Below are positions 1-10,528 of a stretch of 32,704 nucleotides of DNA, one piece after another (position 1 is the first letter of the stretch; each line of letters begins with the position of its first letter). This stretch comes from Phoronis australis (lineage: Eukaryota; Animalia; Phoronida). The DNA lies in NCBI GenBank assembly GCA_002633005.1, contig NMRA01001006.1:1-32704 (forward strand). The letters run 5' to 3'. The notes under the pieces are model-generated. The model ran no database searches and was not told the DNA's origin. It saw nothing but the letters and a program-made list of their open reading frames with translations. The position numbers and the translations under genes are program-made.

Positions 1-1136
1 AGAAAAGCGAATCGCGTGTTAATTGGAGTAGTATAGTTGACAATTAGTGACGATATACATGTAGGCCTAGTAACACGGGCATGAGAACTGACCAATGAGG
101 AACAAATACGGTGAATTCATATCGAAGTAGTACAGTGCTAAAATAGAAAAAAAAACAACAAAAAGGGAAAATATTCCCTAAATATACATATGGTTTGGAA
201 CTTTTCGATTCTGTCCGAGTGAAAGCAGGCATAACGGGCCACTTACCTGAAAACTGGGGTTTTGTTCTGATACAAAACTCGTCGCCAATGAGTGCTTGCG
301 ATAACTGCAGATTGAATACACACAAAAGGCAGAGTCTGCAAGGAGGAAGTAACCTTAGCTTTAACCATGAAGTGGGACATAACAAAAACCGTGACGTTAT
401 GCGCTGCTGACGAAAGGGTTCACAAAAGTCACTTATCAAACATCGTTACAGCAGTTTGTCATGCTTGTCTATTGTATGCGAAGAACTTGGGGAGTTGTTG
501 ACACTGGGAATGTAACTTTAATTTGGAACATTCCCGAACTTTGTATCAACTGCACTGATACCCATTTTACCTATCTTGGCCTCCTGTTTACACGGTACGT
601 GAGGTTACCATATCGTACAATTAATCAGGAAAATTTATGGAACCATGCATGTATATGTGCACTACAAATAAGACGTAAACATACACTTTTACAATAAAGG
701 AAAACTAAGCTGACCCTTCGAACTGTATGTCTGTCTTATATTGTATCACATATAGAACGTGGAATGAGCAAAGCTAGTTTTTACCGGATTCTATCGCCTG
801 TTAGAGCTGGCAAAAAGCAGAATAGACCATAGAATCTTTTAAAAAATGCTTTCATGTCACGCTTTACATGATATATAATGGAAGATAAATAAACAGGTAT
901 CCAACAAAAGAGCGATACGATGAAAACGTCAGCTTAGTTTTCTGTCATGTGTTTTGTACTCGTCAATCTGGCCAACGATGTCATTATTATCCAATATTTA
1001 AGAAACAATACTCAATTTCAGAGGGCTTTCAAAAAGGAGGATTGAATTGGCAAGCCGTTCTTGGGATTATTAGAAAATCCGTGAGCAATGTCAGCAGCCA
1101 GTCACTCTTCAGTGAATTCCTGTTAAACGACTTTAA

Positions 1137-1798
1137 AGCACAGGCGTCCTCGGCTTCTGATCGTCCCCAATACACTATATATTATACTACAAGGTATGAC
1201 ACTCCAGACTAGAAATTCCACGGGTGCTTAACTTCAGCCTTCCATAACAAACACAAAACTTAATAAATTTACACAAAACAAAGGTTCAACAAACCACTGA
1301 TGAGGAATTGTTCTTTCTCTCAATACCCTTTACGGTTCCGAGTTCGCAAGAAATTCGCGGCCAAAGCACAAAAATCTTCCCAAAAAGTCCGTCTGGAGCA
1401 ACTCCCGTGTCACACGCGAAAGGTACGGATTAACGGCAATTGCCAATTCATCACGGAAAGTCACGGCATCGACAACTCGGCAATTGCCGTTCATCCGTAA
1501 ATCATTGGATAATTCCGTACCATTCGCGGGTGACACAGGAGTTGCTCCGGACCGACTTTTTGGGAAGATTTGTGGGTTTGACCGCGATTTTCTTCCGAAC
1601 TCGTTAGAGCAGAACACCGTAAATGGTATTGGGAGAAAGAACAATTACTCATGGTTTGTTGAACATCTGTTTTGTGTAAATTTATTAAGTTTGGTGTTTT
1701 TTTCTGGACAGCTGAAGTGAATTTCTAGTCCGGAGTGTCATACCTTGTAGTATTATATAGTGTATTGGGGACGATCAGAAGCTGGGGACGCCTGTGCT
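1137..1798. mobile_element. Kolobok-like MITE, 662 bp, palindromic over nearly its whole length
   Basis: TTAA|AGCACAGGCGTCC...GGACGCCTGTGCT|TTAA. Arms pair 1137-1218 with 1719-1798, ~1246-1335 with ~1617-1702, and on to a ~30-nt loop near 1450-1480. Confidence 0.9.
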
Positions 1799-1881
1799 TT
1801 AAAGCAAGCTATTGGCAAGGCAACTTTTCTGTGTGCTAGCGTTGTTTTGACCCAGAAGTTAATAATTGCGAAGTCTCTGCT

Positions 1882-3028
1882 TATAAAACGCCAAGGTGTA
1901 CTTAAACTAGTATCTTTCTTCGCGTTGAAATATACTTAATCAACGCGTAGTTTTGCTTAACCAACGCTTATTTTTGCTTAATCAATGCTTACTTTTAGTC
2001 AGTTCATGTAGTGTTATCACGCTCTTGCTCTCAAATCTCAAAATTGCGAATTTTTTTTCTACATTGGTGCAAGGCAACTTTTGAAGTTTGTTGCAGATTC
2101 TTATAAAGTGACCTCGTGAATGATGACGTCGTTTACTTTGTTAGGAACAGGTATGTTTCAAACTATGTTGATTTGGGAAAACTACGCGTTGATTACAGTG
2201 CTATGGTGGTAAAATCAGAGGTAAGTAGGCGCCCAAAGCTCACCGTATCACCTTGAGTACTGAATTTTAAATGTGCATTGAATTCGCAAAACCTCCCTAA
2301 CATGTAGTCATATTTTTGTGTCACGAGTGGGTATAAATTTCAAGTCTGCAGTGGCGAATCTAGGATGTCGCAAAAAGGGGGCCAAGGTACACATATAGGA
2401 AACCAAAGGTCCGCTTGCATTCCAAGCGGTCTCTGAAAGGGGCCCAAACACAATTATATAAGACAATAGGCGCGTAACGCCCAGAAACGATATACTGGCA
2501 GAGTGTTTAGTCGCCCGTGAGGTGTGTCCTCGGGGCCCTTCGATCGCCTGTTGAGAATCAAATTCATTTCGCTGAATCGTCGTTCAAATTCAGCTGTACT
2601 GCAAGGAATAGTCTTAATGCATAATGTAAAAAGATGACTGCCTGCACCTACGTGCTCCTACGCCCCACTGTAACGTAACTTACGGTATGTAGGCGCTACG
2701 TTCAAATGCCAAAAGGTGATTGGCTGCGTCTACGTGCGCCCACGCCCCACTGGTTGATTAACCAAAAGTGAGAGCTGAATAAGAGCAAAACTATGATCGT
2801 TTAAGAACCAAAAGTTCGCGTTGAATAAGCATAACTACGCGTTGAGTACTGAAAACCACGAGTTGATTAAGCTAAAGTACGCGGTGAATAAGAGCAGAAC
2901 GATAATTGTTTAAGAACTTAAATACGCATTGATTAAGTAAAACTACCTGTTGGTAAAGCAAAACGTCGAATTGAGCACATTTCAACGCGCAGAAAGGTAC
3001 TCATTTAAAAACCCTTTGGCGCTTCATA
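1882..3028. mobile_element. Foldback-like non-autonomous element with modular TIRs built of ~21-bp tandem units
   Basis: TATAAAACGCCAAGG...(1882) is the inverse of ...CCTTTGGCGCTTCATA (3028) over more than 100 bp. Units like TTAATCAACGCGTAGTTTTGC occur on the left, with about 10 inverse units at 2753-2965. Confidence 0.75.
2196..2752. mobile_element. hAT-like non-autonomous insertion with 8-bp TSD, nested in the foldback element
   Basis: GTTGATTA|CAGTG...CACTG|GTTGATTA (TSD 2188-95, 2753-60); 42-bp subterminal direct repeat 2629-2670/2711-2752; internal fragment of the CAGTGGCG(G/A)ATCTAGG family at 2349. Confidence 0.75.
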
Positions 3029-3065
3029 TTTCATATCTGCTAAACACCAATCCCCATAAGGGCTG

Positions 3066-3167
3066 CTGGGGCGGATCTAGGATTTTGACTTGGGGGGGGN
3101 CAAATGGAATCTCTGGGAGAATATTAGGGGGCCATGGCCCCCTTGTCCCCCTCTAAATCTGCCACTT
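3066..3167. mobile_element. Short hAT-like MITE with 5-bp TSD
   Basis: GGCTG|CTGGGGCGGATCTAG...CTAAATCTGCCACTT|GGCTG; same family as 32280-32447. Confidence 0.7.
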
Positions 3168-3541
3168 GGCTGGCCGGGGTCTAGAGCCGATGTCTGACCT
3201 TAATCAACTGACGGGGACCCAATAAAAACTCTATGGTACAACTTGTTCTCCTTAATTTTTAAACAAATATGTGCCCAATCACATTTCTCACCTAGCAACA
3301 GTTGGAGCAAGTCTGAAACAAAATACAATCTCTTTTTTAAATCAGCGAGCCTTACTAACGGGAAACTGAAGATGGGCGCTTCCACGTTGAACCGTAGGGA
3401 ACACTTTGTAGTAGGCCTACACGTGAACCGTGTGCTTTACCAAAATGATGCTTTCGTTTTTCGGTGTAGTTACTGGTTGTGTAAAAATAGGTGTCTGAAT
3501 TTTAACCACAGGATTAAGACTACTGTGCACAAGAAATTGAT

Positions 3542-3589
3542 TAGTTAAAATGCGCCCGTAGTGTGACTAGTTAAAATACGCCCGTAGTA
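3542..3589. repeat. Two copies of a 26-bp tandem unit
   Basis: TAGTTAAAAT(G/A)CGCCCGTAGT at 3542 and 3568. Confidence 0.8.
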
Positions 3590-5039
3590 TCAGGCCATCT
3601 TAAAAACTGTGGACTAAACATGGAGATAGACCTGTCCTGCTACGAGAAATTTGAATAAAATCATCTCAACTGTACCTGACTACAGCCATTATTTACATCC
3701 TGTCACGAGGGGGTTGATTCGTGAGTCGAAACACTGGTTGGAAACATTGCGTTTGTTATAATATAGTGTTTGTTTTATCAGTTATCAGTTTTACATGGTC
3801 AAAGGCTAGACTGTGTTAGGTCTACATATAGACCTAATTCACGCGGCGGACATTAAAATCTAAAGCAAGGCTCACTGCGATAAATAAAGATTAAGTTGAC
3901 CTTGCGTGAGTTAAATGTTCGATCTTTCGAGTCCAACCTGGATATTAAACTTAAAAAATGTGTCGATAATTAGCCACAGAGACGTAGAAAAATATTTTAG
4001 AGGACAAATCAATGGACCAAAGAGTTGTCTGGCGAAAGGATATAAGTTTGTTTTTCGGAAAACAAGGTTCGAAACATGGAAAGTAAATATGACCAAATTG
4101 CTGCCATCGCGTTACGGATTAGGTATTATGCTGAATGCAGTGTTACGCTTCTTCTTGTAAATTGTGGATAAAAATGTTTTCTACACGAACCAGGTCATCT
4201 GCTCGTATTTTGATGTCATGTACAATTTGTCACATCTCGTTTAATTTGTTGATAAAGAATATTAACATCAAGCATAGCCTAGGTCATGGTGAGGTCAGTA
4301 GGGACTACCGGGACTGATAGTTGATTAGTCATTGTTCAGAAAGAATAATTGATGTTATTAAATATATGTTTTATTAAAATAAAAAACCAGGCTCGTAATT
4401 GAAAATAAAAATTATTTGATCATCAGTTCTGCTTTCTTGGTGTTAATAATTCTTACGTCTATTTCTTGCTGAGTTAGGATTCAAATCTGGACCAAGTTGA
4501 ATTTTAAAATCAAAACACCTAATTCGTTCATCCAAAGCATATACCTCGTTTTAGAGCTCAATTTCAGTTAACTGGACAACACGTTTCTTCCTAGGGGAAA
4601 AGTGTTTGTGCCTTCTGAGAGGGCATTCTTTCGCCGAGAGTGAGGGGAAATCTACCTCCCGATCACCATCAATAGCACCCCCTCCCAGTGTTGCAAGCTC
4701 TCATAGGCTCTGTCTCAAGTAGCATTTTGTGCTCTTTAAAATTGTCACCTGTGTGGTTACAGGTGATTCTCCGGAGAGAATTTTTCAATCACTGAGGGGA
4801 ATTTTTAGGCCAAATTTTAGAAAACGTAATCGGACTGTCGTTCACTGAGTTCCTTTTCTGTAGACTATATTTGCTAAATACACGCACTTGTCGACGAAGT
4901 ACTTTATAAGGTTAAACACATTGAAAGTGTATGGTACGGAATGACAGATCTTTATTTTCATCTCCGTCCCATTGTTAATTACCCTACAGGGTGCCCGTTG
5001 ATGCCGCTTAATGGTCCAGCGTGCCAGCCCCAAAGGCCA

Positions 5040-5138
5040 TCTGAGTTCTGCCGCGGAAGTAGAAGTTTTGGCTATTCTCAATAGATGTCTCTGTAACAAA
5101 TTCAAACTACTTCCTGTTTATTTGCACCTGTACCAGCA
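5040..5138 (+). promoter_or_regulatory. Probable nurim proximal promoter/5'UTR with ETS-like sites
   Basis: CGGAAGT (~5053) and ACTTCCTG (~5109) lie just upstream of the ATG and no TATA box is seen, as in housekeeping promoters. Motif match only. Confidence 0.4.
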
Positions 5139-5256
5139 ATGTTCAAAAAGTGTGTTTTCGTTGCTGTTGGCTTATTTGGGCTAATCGTTATATTTAAAAC
5201 AGTAATAGAACTTGCCTTATTTCTTTCAGGACAGCAAAGAAAGTCAAACGCTATCT
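5139..5256 (+). CDS. NRM: nurim exon 1 (first transmembrane segment)
   Basis: ATG at 5139, 39 hydrophobic codons plus 1 nt, strong donor GTAAGT at 5257; phase 1 matches exon 2. Confidence 0.88.
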
Positions 5257-8200
5257 GTAAGTAGACTATTTACTTTTCCAGTGAATCGCTTGTGGAGTGT
5301 TATTGCATTCACTGGGATACACAGCACTGCCTCCCGTTCAGTAACGCTAGGACCTCGCTAAAAAGCAAGACTTCGCAAGATTACGTGAGATATTGCCGTG
5401 CATTGTAAATAAGAACACGTGACTTTGACTAGGTTTTAGCTAGGTCCTAGCGTAGGTCCTAGCGTCTACTAAATGCACGCCAGGCCTCATCATGCGCTCG
5501 CAGTTGGCGTTATGACTATGTACTATACTATATAGTGTCATACGACAGGCTAATTTATTTAAAGGTGCCTGTGGCCCACCTCACCAGCAGCCACAGCTAC
5601 AGCTTGGGACCGGGAGACAGGCGACATTGGTCTAGCTTTGTTGCAGTACTGAGTCCTGGCAATTTTTGTTTTGTTTTTAATTATTCTGTGTCCTTACAGT
5701 AGAACGTGACCCCCGTACCTAGCTGGCTCAGTAGAGACGGTGAAGCTCCTATAGGCGCTCCATATGCCGGAAGCTTTTTGGGGAATTTTTCCTCACACCA
5801 ACTAAAACATAACAGTCACATTTTTATAAATACCTTATGCACATAGAAAAACACCTAGGAGGCAGTCGGTGTAATTCCTTTCAACTTGTACAAATGCTCC
5901 CACAATCAAACTTTTTCTTTGAGCAGTCTCTTTATCATTTTCCAAAATCGGTTAATGGCCATTTTTACACTGCGCATGTCAGGCGATATGACGTCATACC
6001 ACCTGCTGCGCGCAGTGTTAAAAATGGCCAGTTACCGATTTTGGGAACTGAACGAAGGACTGCTGGAAGAAAATGTTTGGTAACAGAAGTATTTGTTCGA
6101 GACAGTGCATAGGCTTCAGGACAGGTATACGTAATATTATTTTACGATCAACTGCCATCCAGCGATGGTCTTGTGCTTTTCTAATCTAACTTAATTTAAT
6201 TTCAGACAATGATGGCACCTTTGCAGTATTTATTGATATCGGCCTCCTCATGTTATTTGCTTTGCAACATTCTGGAATGGCCTCTCATTGGTGGAAGAGG
6301 AAAGTTGAAGATTCTGGGTTAGAGGTTATTCAGAGGTCACTCTATGTCATTGCTACAGCGAGTGTGATTCAGGTTGTTGGCTGTTAATTTTGTTTATTTT
6401 GTTAAAAATACACAGTTACTTTGGCATTTTTCCTCACAAACCACATGTGTATTGTGAATTCTCACTAACACCATTTCCCCATGAATAGAATTTTTCTCAC
6501 AAGCTGTATTTCTTTCCTGCCTTACTCTTCTGTTTTATGAACACAATTTTTCTTTCTTGAATACTGTACCTAGCAAGTACTTGATTGTCAAGTCAGAGTT
6601 TCAGAAGAACAGCAGGTCACGAGGAAAATTTTTTAACGAAATTGTTCAGGAAATGGTTAAAACTGCATTTTGCCCTCTTTAGCTGGCTAAAACCGAAATC
6701 AAATTTCGCGTTTTACTCTCATAAAATCAGGCAGAGTATTCCTTGCCAAGATAGGATTCTATTTCTGTTACCAACGAGAACAACGAAACCATCAGTAACT
6801 CAAGGAAACACTTTAGAGTTCATTGGGTTTGGCCAACCCTAAAATTGCAATTTCAGGAACTGCATATACGCATTGCTTGTCATTTGAGTTTCCAGATCAT
6901 TCAACAACAATTCAAGATTAGGTGAATGTGGTATTGTTTTTAAACCCCATATCACTTTGGTAAAGAATTCAACACTGCCAGTTAAACCAGGTAGAAATGC
7001 TCCTTTGACAGTGATTGCAATCAATGTGCATTAAGTGTGGGCAATCAACATTGAGCTTGCTGTCCGCCTCGATAATATATTAAAAGAACGACAAGTGTTC
7101 ACAGTCGTATGTTTTTCCTCTTCAGGTCATCTTCCGCTACTGGCAGCCAGCGTGCTGTTACCTTTGGGATGTGGACACAAGTCATCAGCCATTGCTATGG
7201 TTACTATTTGCTTCCATTCACTTTCTCGCATGGCTTGTACTGTATGGCACTGCACTCCTTATGGACTTCTCAGAAATGGTGGGCCTTAAACAGGTAGGCG
7301 ATGGGAAATTCTAGGGTTGCCTGTGATTTTTCTTCACTATGACATTAAATTATCTCAAAAATTGCAGTTCCACCATTTTTCCTGGTCCGATTACATTACT
7401 AAACCTTTTGTTTTGTGTTAACTGCACAGTACAGACCATACTAGTGATTATGTCAACAGTTATAAAACATTACATTTGATGAGAAATTTAAGAAATAAAA
7501 AGTCGACTTCTCTGCCATATTGAGCCTTGAACTGTGGAGTATTTACTGTATTTAGATAATTATCTACAATTTTTTAATTTGTGATTGGCAAATTGCGAAT
7601 GTTCATGCCTGGTTAAATTAAACCCTTAACATTAATCAGGGCTTGGAATTTTCCGCGGAAACGCGGATTTCCGCTTTTTTCAAATGCTTTCCGCTTTTTT
7701 TATAATATTTCCGCGTAAAAAAATCGGATTTGATATAAAATTTCCGCGGCAAATTCCTTTCTTACCGCGGCGTTGCAGACGACGTTCACCTCGAAAAGCG
7801 GAAGTTGCTCTTTATGTTTTGGAGGAACATAAATTGTCAACATTGCCGGGGCATCTGGGACAGCGTGGTGGGATTTTCAATGGCGTCTCGTGTTATTGTT
7901 AAGCGCGGCGACAAATACTACCGCTCTGCAGCTAAAAATGTGTGGTTTGGGAGTGGACGGGCGAGCTAAAAGACGCAGACGCATGCTACTGCTGGTGGTA
8001 ACGTTTTTTTTCTTTTAATCCTCCCGATTTTTGTCAGCGAAAGGTTCACATTGACCATTTCAAGGCTCGTTATCGGGCATGATTTGGGCCGTAACAGTTT
8101 CGGCGTTTTTTGTCATTGGTCATTCCAAGCCCTGATTAATGTAGTGTAGGTAACACATGGTCTCAATTAATAACGATATTTTTTCTAAGACCAGAAATCA

Positions 8201-8805
8201 CTTCTCACCTGAGCTTAACATGCCTAAGTGGTCTAAATCAAAGGTTTGTTTGATGTATTGTGGTTCTCTAGCCTCTTAAATTGATTGTTTTTCTAAGATT
8301 AGTGCATCACGGCAGAAAGTGGGACAAAATGCCATTCTCTTGAATAAGAATTTTTAAATTGATAAATTTTCTGACAGGTTTGGGTGTTGAAGAGTAATTT
8401 CTTTACTGAATGAGGGCTAGAACTGCGTTGTCAAATTGTTTTTCGATCATTTCTAGAGGGTTTCCTAAAGATCTACTTTTGGTTTAGCCTCATAGACACT
8501 GCCATATTTATGAGTACAGTGGTGTCCCATTCTTTTTACAGGTTTATTATTACTGTTTGGATGAAGACCCACCTCTCACATACAAGTCTGCAAAGATGCG
8601 GAGATTGTTTCACCACATGAGGCATGGTGGCACCACAAGTCTCTTAGTAATCCTCTGGATTCATCCATTGATGTCACTGAGTCGACTCGTTCTAGCCTGT
8701 CTGTGTACGTTCTATGTTTTGCGTGTCTTTAGTGCGGACAGACATGATTATGACTATGTCAAAGACATGTATGACCGCAAGCTTAAAGAGCTAAATTCAA
8801 AGTAA
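5139..8805 (+). CDS. NRM: Nurim (nuclear rim / inner nuclear envelope membrane protein) homolog; 4 exons: join(5139..5256,6206..6372,7126..7293,8542..8805), 238 aa
   Basis: Manual splicing with GT-AG junctions (phases 1,0,0) gives an open frame: MFKKCVFVAVGLFGLIVIFKTVIELALFLSGQQRKSNAIY-NDGTFAVFIDIGLLMLFALQHSGMASHWWKRKVEDSGLEVIQRSLYVIATASVIQ-VIFRYWQP...LLMDFSEMVGLKQ-VYYYCLDEDPPLTYKSAKMRRLFHHMRH...LWIHPLMSLSRLVLA...ELNSK*. Recognised from memory of nurim motifs (LLxLFxxQHS, QRSLYV, RYWxP, DxxExxGLKQVYY, KSxxxxRLFxHxRH). Confidence 0.95.
5337..5474. mobile_element. Small MITE-like inverted repeat in nurim intron 1
   Basis: TTCAGTAACGCTAGGACCTCGCTAAAA pairs with TTTTAGCTAGGTCCTAGCGT(AGGTCCTAGCGT)CTACTAAA; the right arm has a 12-bp tandem duplication. 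Confidence 0.6.
5885..6101. repeat. 217-bp imperfect palindrome centred on TGACGTCA, in nurim intron 1
   Basis: CCAAAATCGGTTAATGGCCATTTTTACACTGCGC (5942-) pairs with GCGCAGTGTTAAAAATGGCCAGTTACCGATTTTGG (-6044). Pairing continues outward to 5885/6101; centre TATGACGTCATA at 5987-5998. Confidence 0.85.
6206..6372 (+). CDS. NRM: nurim exon 2
   Basis: Branch-like CTAAC at 6186 and acceptor ttaatttcAG. Encodes DIGLLMLFALQHSGMA...IQRSLYVIATASVIQ. Donor GTTGTT at 6373 is weak but at the expected position. Confidence 0.93.
7126..7293 (+). CDS. NRM: nurim exon 3
   Basis: Acceptor tttttcctcttcAG; 56 codons VIFRYWQP...DFSEMVGLKQ; donor GTAGGC. Confidence 0.95.
7637..8134. mobile_element. hAT-like MITE (498 bp) in nurim intron 3
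   Basis: Perfect 13-bp TIR CAGGGCTTGGAAT/ATTCCAAGCCCTG flanked by ATTAAT on both sides; CpG-rich within a CpG-poor intron. Confidence 0.85.
8542..8805 (+). CDS. NRM: nurim exon 4 (terminal coding exon)
   Basis: Acceptor ttctttttacAG; VYYYCLDEDPPLTYKS...NSK TAA, in frame with track ORF 8557..8805. Confidence 0.95.
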   Translation, partial: VYYYCLDEDPPLTYKSAKMRRLFHHMRHGGTTSLLVILWIHPLMSLSRLVLACLCTFYVLRVFSADRHDYDYVKDMYDRKLKELNSK

Positions 8806-9370
8806 GGGATTTCTGCTGTAATACTCAGTAATGCTTGCTGGAAATTCGACTGTGTGGTCATCATATTCAGTACTTTTTCCAAACAAGTTGCAGATGTCAT
8901 CGAACTTCATCTAGCTTCATCAACGTTATGGTGAATAATTGTTTTCTCCATAATGTTATTGAATCTAACTAAGGCATTTAATTGCATGCCAGGATTAGGG
9001 GCACGACTATTTTACAGTTACTTGTAACACTGGTGGAGCTGGGCTGTGCTCCATATATTTAAGACAGTCGTATAACACTTTCAACTAGAAATCACTGCTT
9101 ATGGAATGCAAACAGTGAATTCAATCCCATAATGCAACATTTCAACCTCACCGACCAATCACTTCAGTGGCTACCATTTTGCTAAGGTACGCTAGGAATC
9201 TCCTGAGCATAATTGCAAAACACATGCTTTTTGATCTTATTTGTTGATGACTTTCTTGCGCATTGTAGCACAGCCCTAGAATAACCCCCTTTAGTGGCGG
9301 TACATATACGTCATCACTGCACCATAGTGACATTAAACAAAGTTGGTGGTGTATTTCCAGCTGTACAGTA

Positions 9371-9472
9371 ATAGTCGCTTACAAGTGCCTCGCATTCTGA
9401 GAACCAGTTTTCTCCACTGAACAACATGCATCAAACTGGTTCTCAAAATGCAGGTTGCCTATAGTTGACTAT
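9371..9472. repeat. Hairpin/inverted repeat downstream of the nurim stop codon
   Basis: GCATTCTGAGAACCAGTTT (9392-9410) pairs with AAACTGGTTCTCAAAATGC (9433-9451), 18/19 Watson-Crick, 22-nt loop; outer ATAGTC/GACTAT. Confidence 0.75.
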
Positions 9473-10510
9473 AGCAAGTGTTTGACTAAATGATATTGCC
9501 TCTGGATGAAGTGTTGTCATGAAAAAAACAATGCTGCCATGAAAGTACAGCCTTTTTGTATCACTGCTAAGTTGACTGGAGATTCAACTTGGATAATTCT
9601 CAGGGAAAATTAAAGCCACATCAAGTGCCAGTGTAACATGAAAACCATTTGAGATTTCTAAGGTTGAGCTTGCGTTTTGAATTTTACAAGGGTGTGTTTT
9701 ATGGAAAGTGACTTCAGACTTAAAATAGAAATTTGATGTTACTGTCCAACGTCACAATGAATACAGGCTTAGCCAAGTAATTATGAATGCATCACAGTTT
9801 AAGAAGGACTTATAGAAATGTTAACAGTTATAGGTACATCCTCAAGGAGTTTGCATTTTTGCTCAAGTGAGATTTAATTATTGTTCAAAAATAGTTGTGT
9901 GGAACATAAGACCAAATTTTTGACTTCAGTCTTGCGTCACTCTTCATCAAACAGGTCCCCAGAACTTAGAGGAGCACTAGACAATTTTATTGATTACTGC
10001 AATGAGTTTTATGTTAGTCTGACTGTCCAGCAAATCCTCAACCCATTGGGGGTCACTAAATTAATACTAACAGTTCCGTTTTTTGAAATGCCTCTACCAC
10101 CCACCTTGACGTTGGTTTTGATGATGCAGGTTTATTATGAATAAACAATAGACCAATACAAAGCAACAATTCAGGTCTGGACTCCTCGCCAATTTTGTTC
10201 TTGCCTCTGGTCATTTTGGCTCTGCTTCTTGGGTTGATGGGTTGTATGGTTTGTTCACACTACTGGTGTGTTTTACTGTTGCTGATGAAATATTTGGACA
10301 TGTGTACATGTATATACTGTGTTTATGACATTATTTATTGCCAAGGTGCTTGTTAGGCAAAGAGTCCTAGCTTGGTCTAGTCTACCTTCTTGCTCATTTT
10401 GACAAGGGTTGAATGAAAAAACAAAAGAAACATCATTTTTGATTGTCTGGGATGGATTATTTTGAAAGATTGAGCAGTTAAAAGAATATGGAACATGTTA
10501 CTCAATTTTC

Positions 10511-10528
10511 AAAAAAAAAAAAAAAAAA
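10511..10528 (+). repeat. Poly(A)18 tract
   Basis: 18 consecutive A. Confidence 0.9.

Noticed and set aside
2753-2965. ~21-bp periodic repeats resembling a CRISPR array
   Set aside because: Units are contiguous and degenerate without unique spacers, there are no cas genes, and the context is eukaryotic. They are part of a TIR.
4547-4592. Candidate minus-strand exon of a gene divergent from nurim
   Set aside because: Stop codons in all three frames and no partner exons found.
5716-5790. A-box-like TGGCTCAGTAG suggesting a tRNA or SINE
   Set aside because: No B box (GTTCRA) or cloverleaf downstream.
7243-7264. TATGGCACTG resembling a miR-183 5' end
   Set aside because: Lies within nurim coding exon 3, the match stops after 10 nt, and no hairpin is seen.
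10511-10528. Poly(A) as the tail of a retrocopy or SINE
   Set aside because: No TSD or recognisable element upstream, and the wrong strand and position to be a PLAC8 retrocopy tail.
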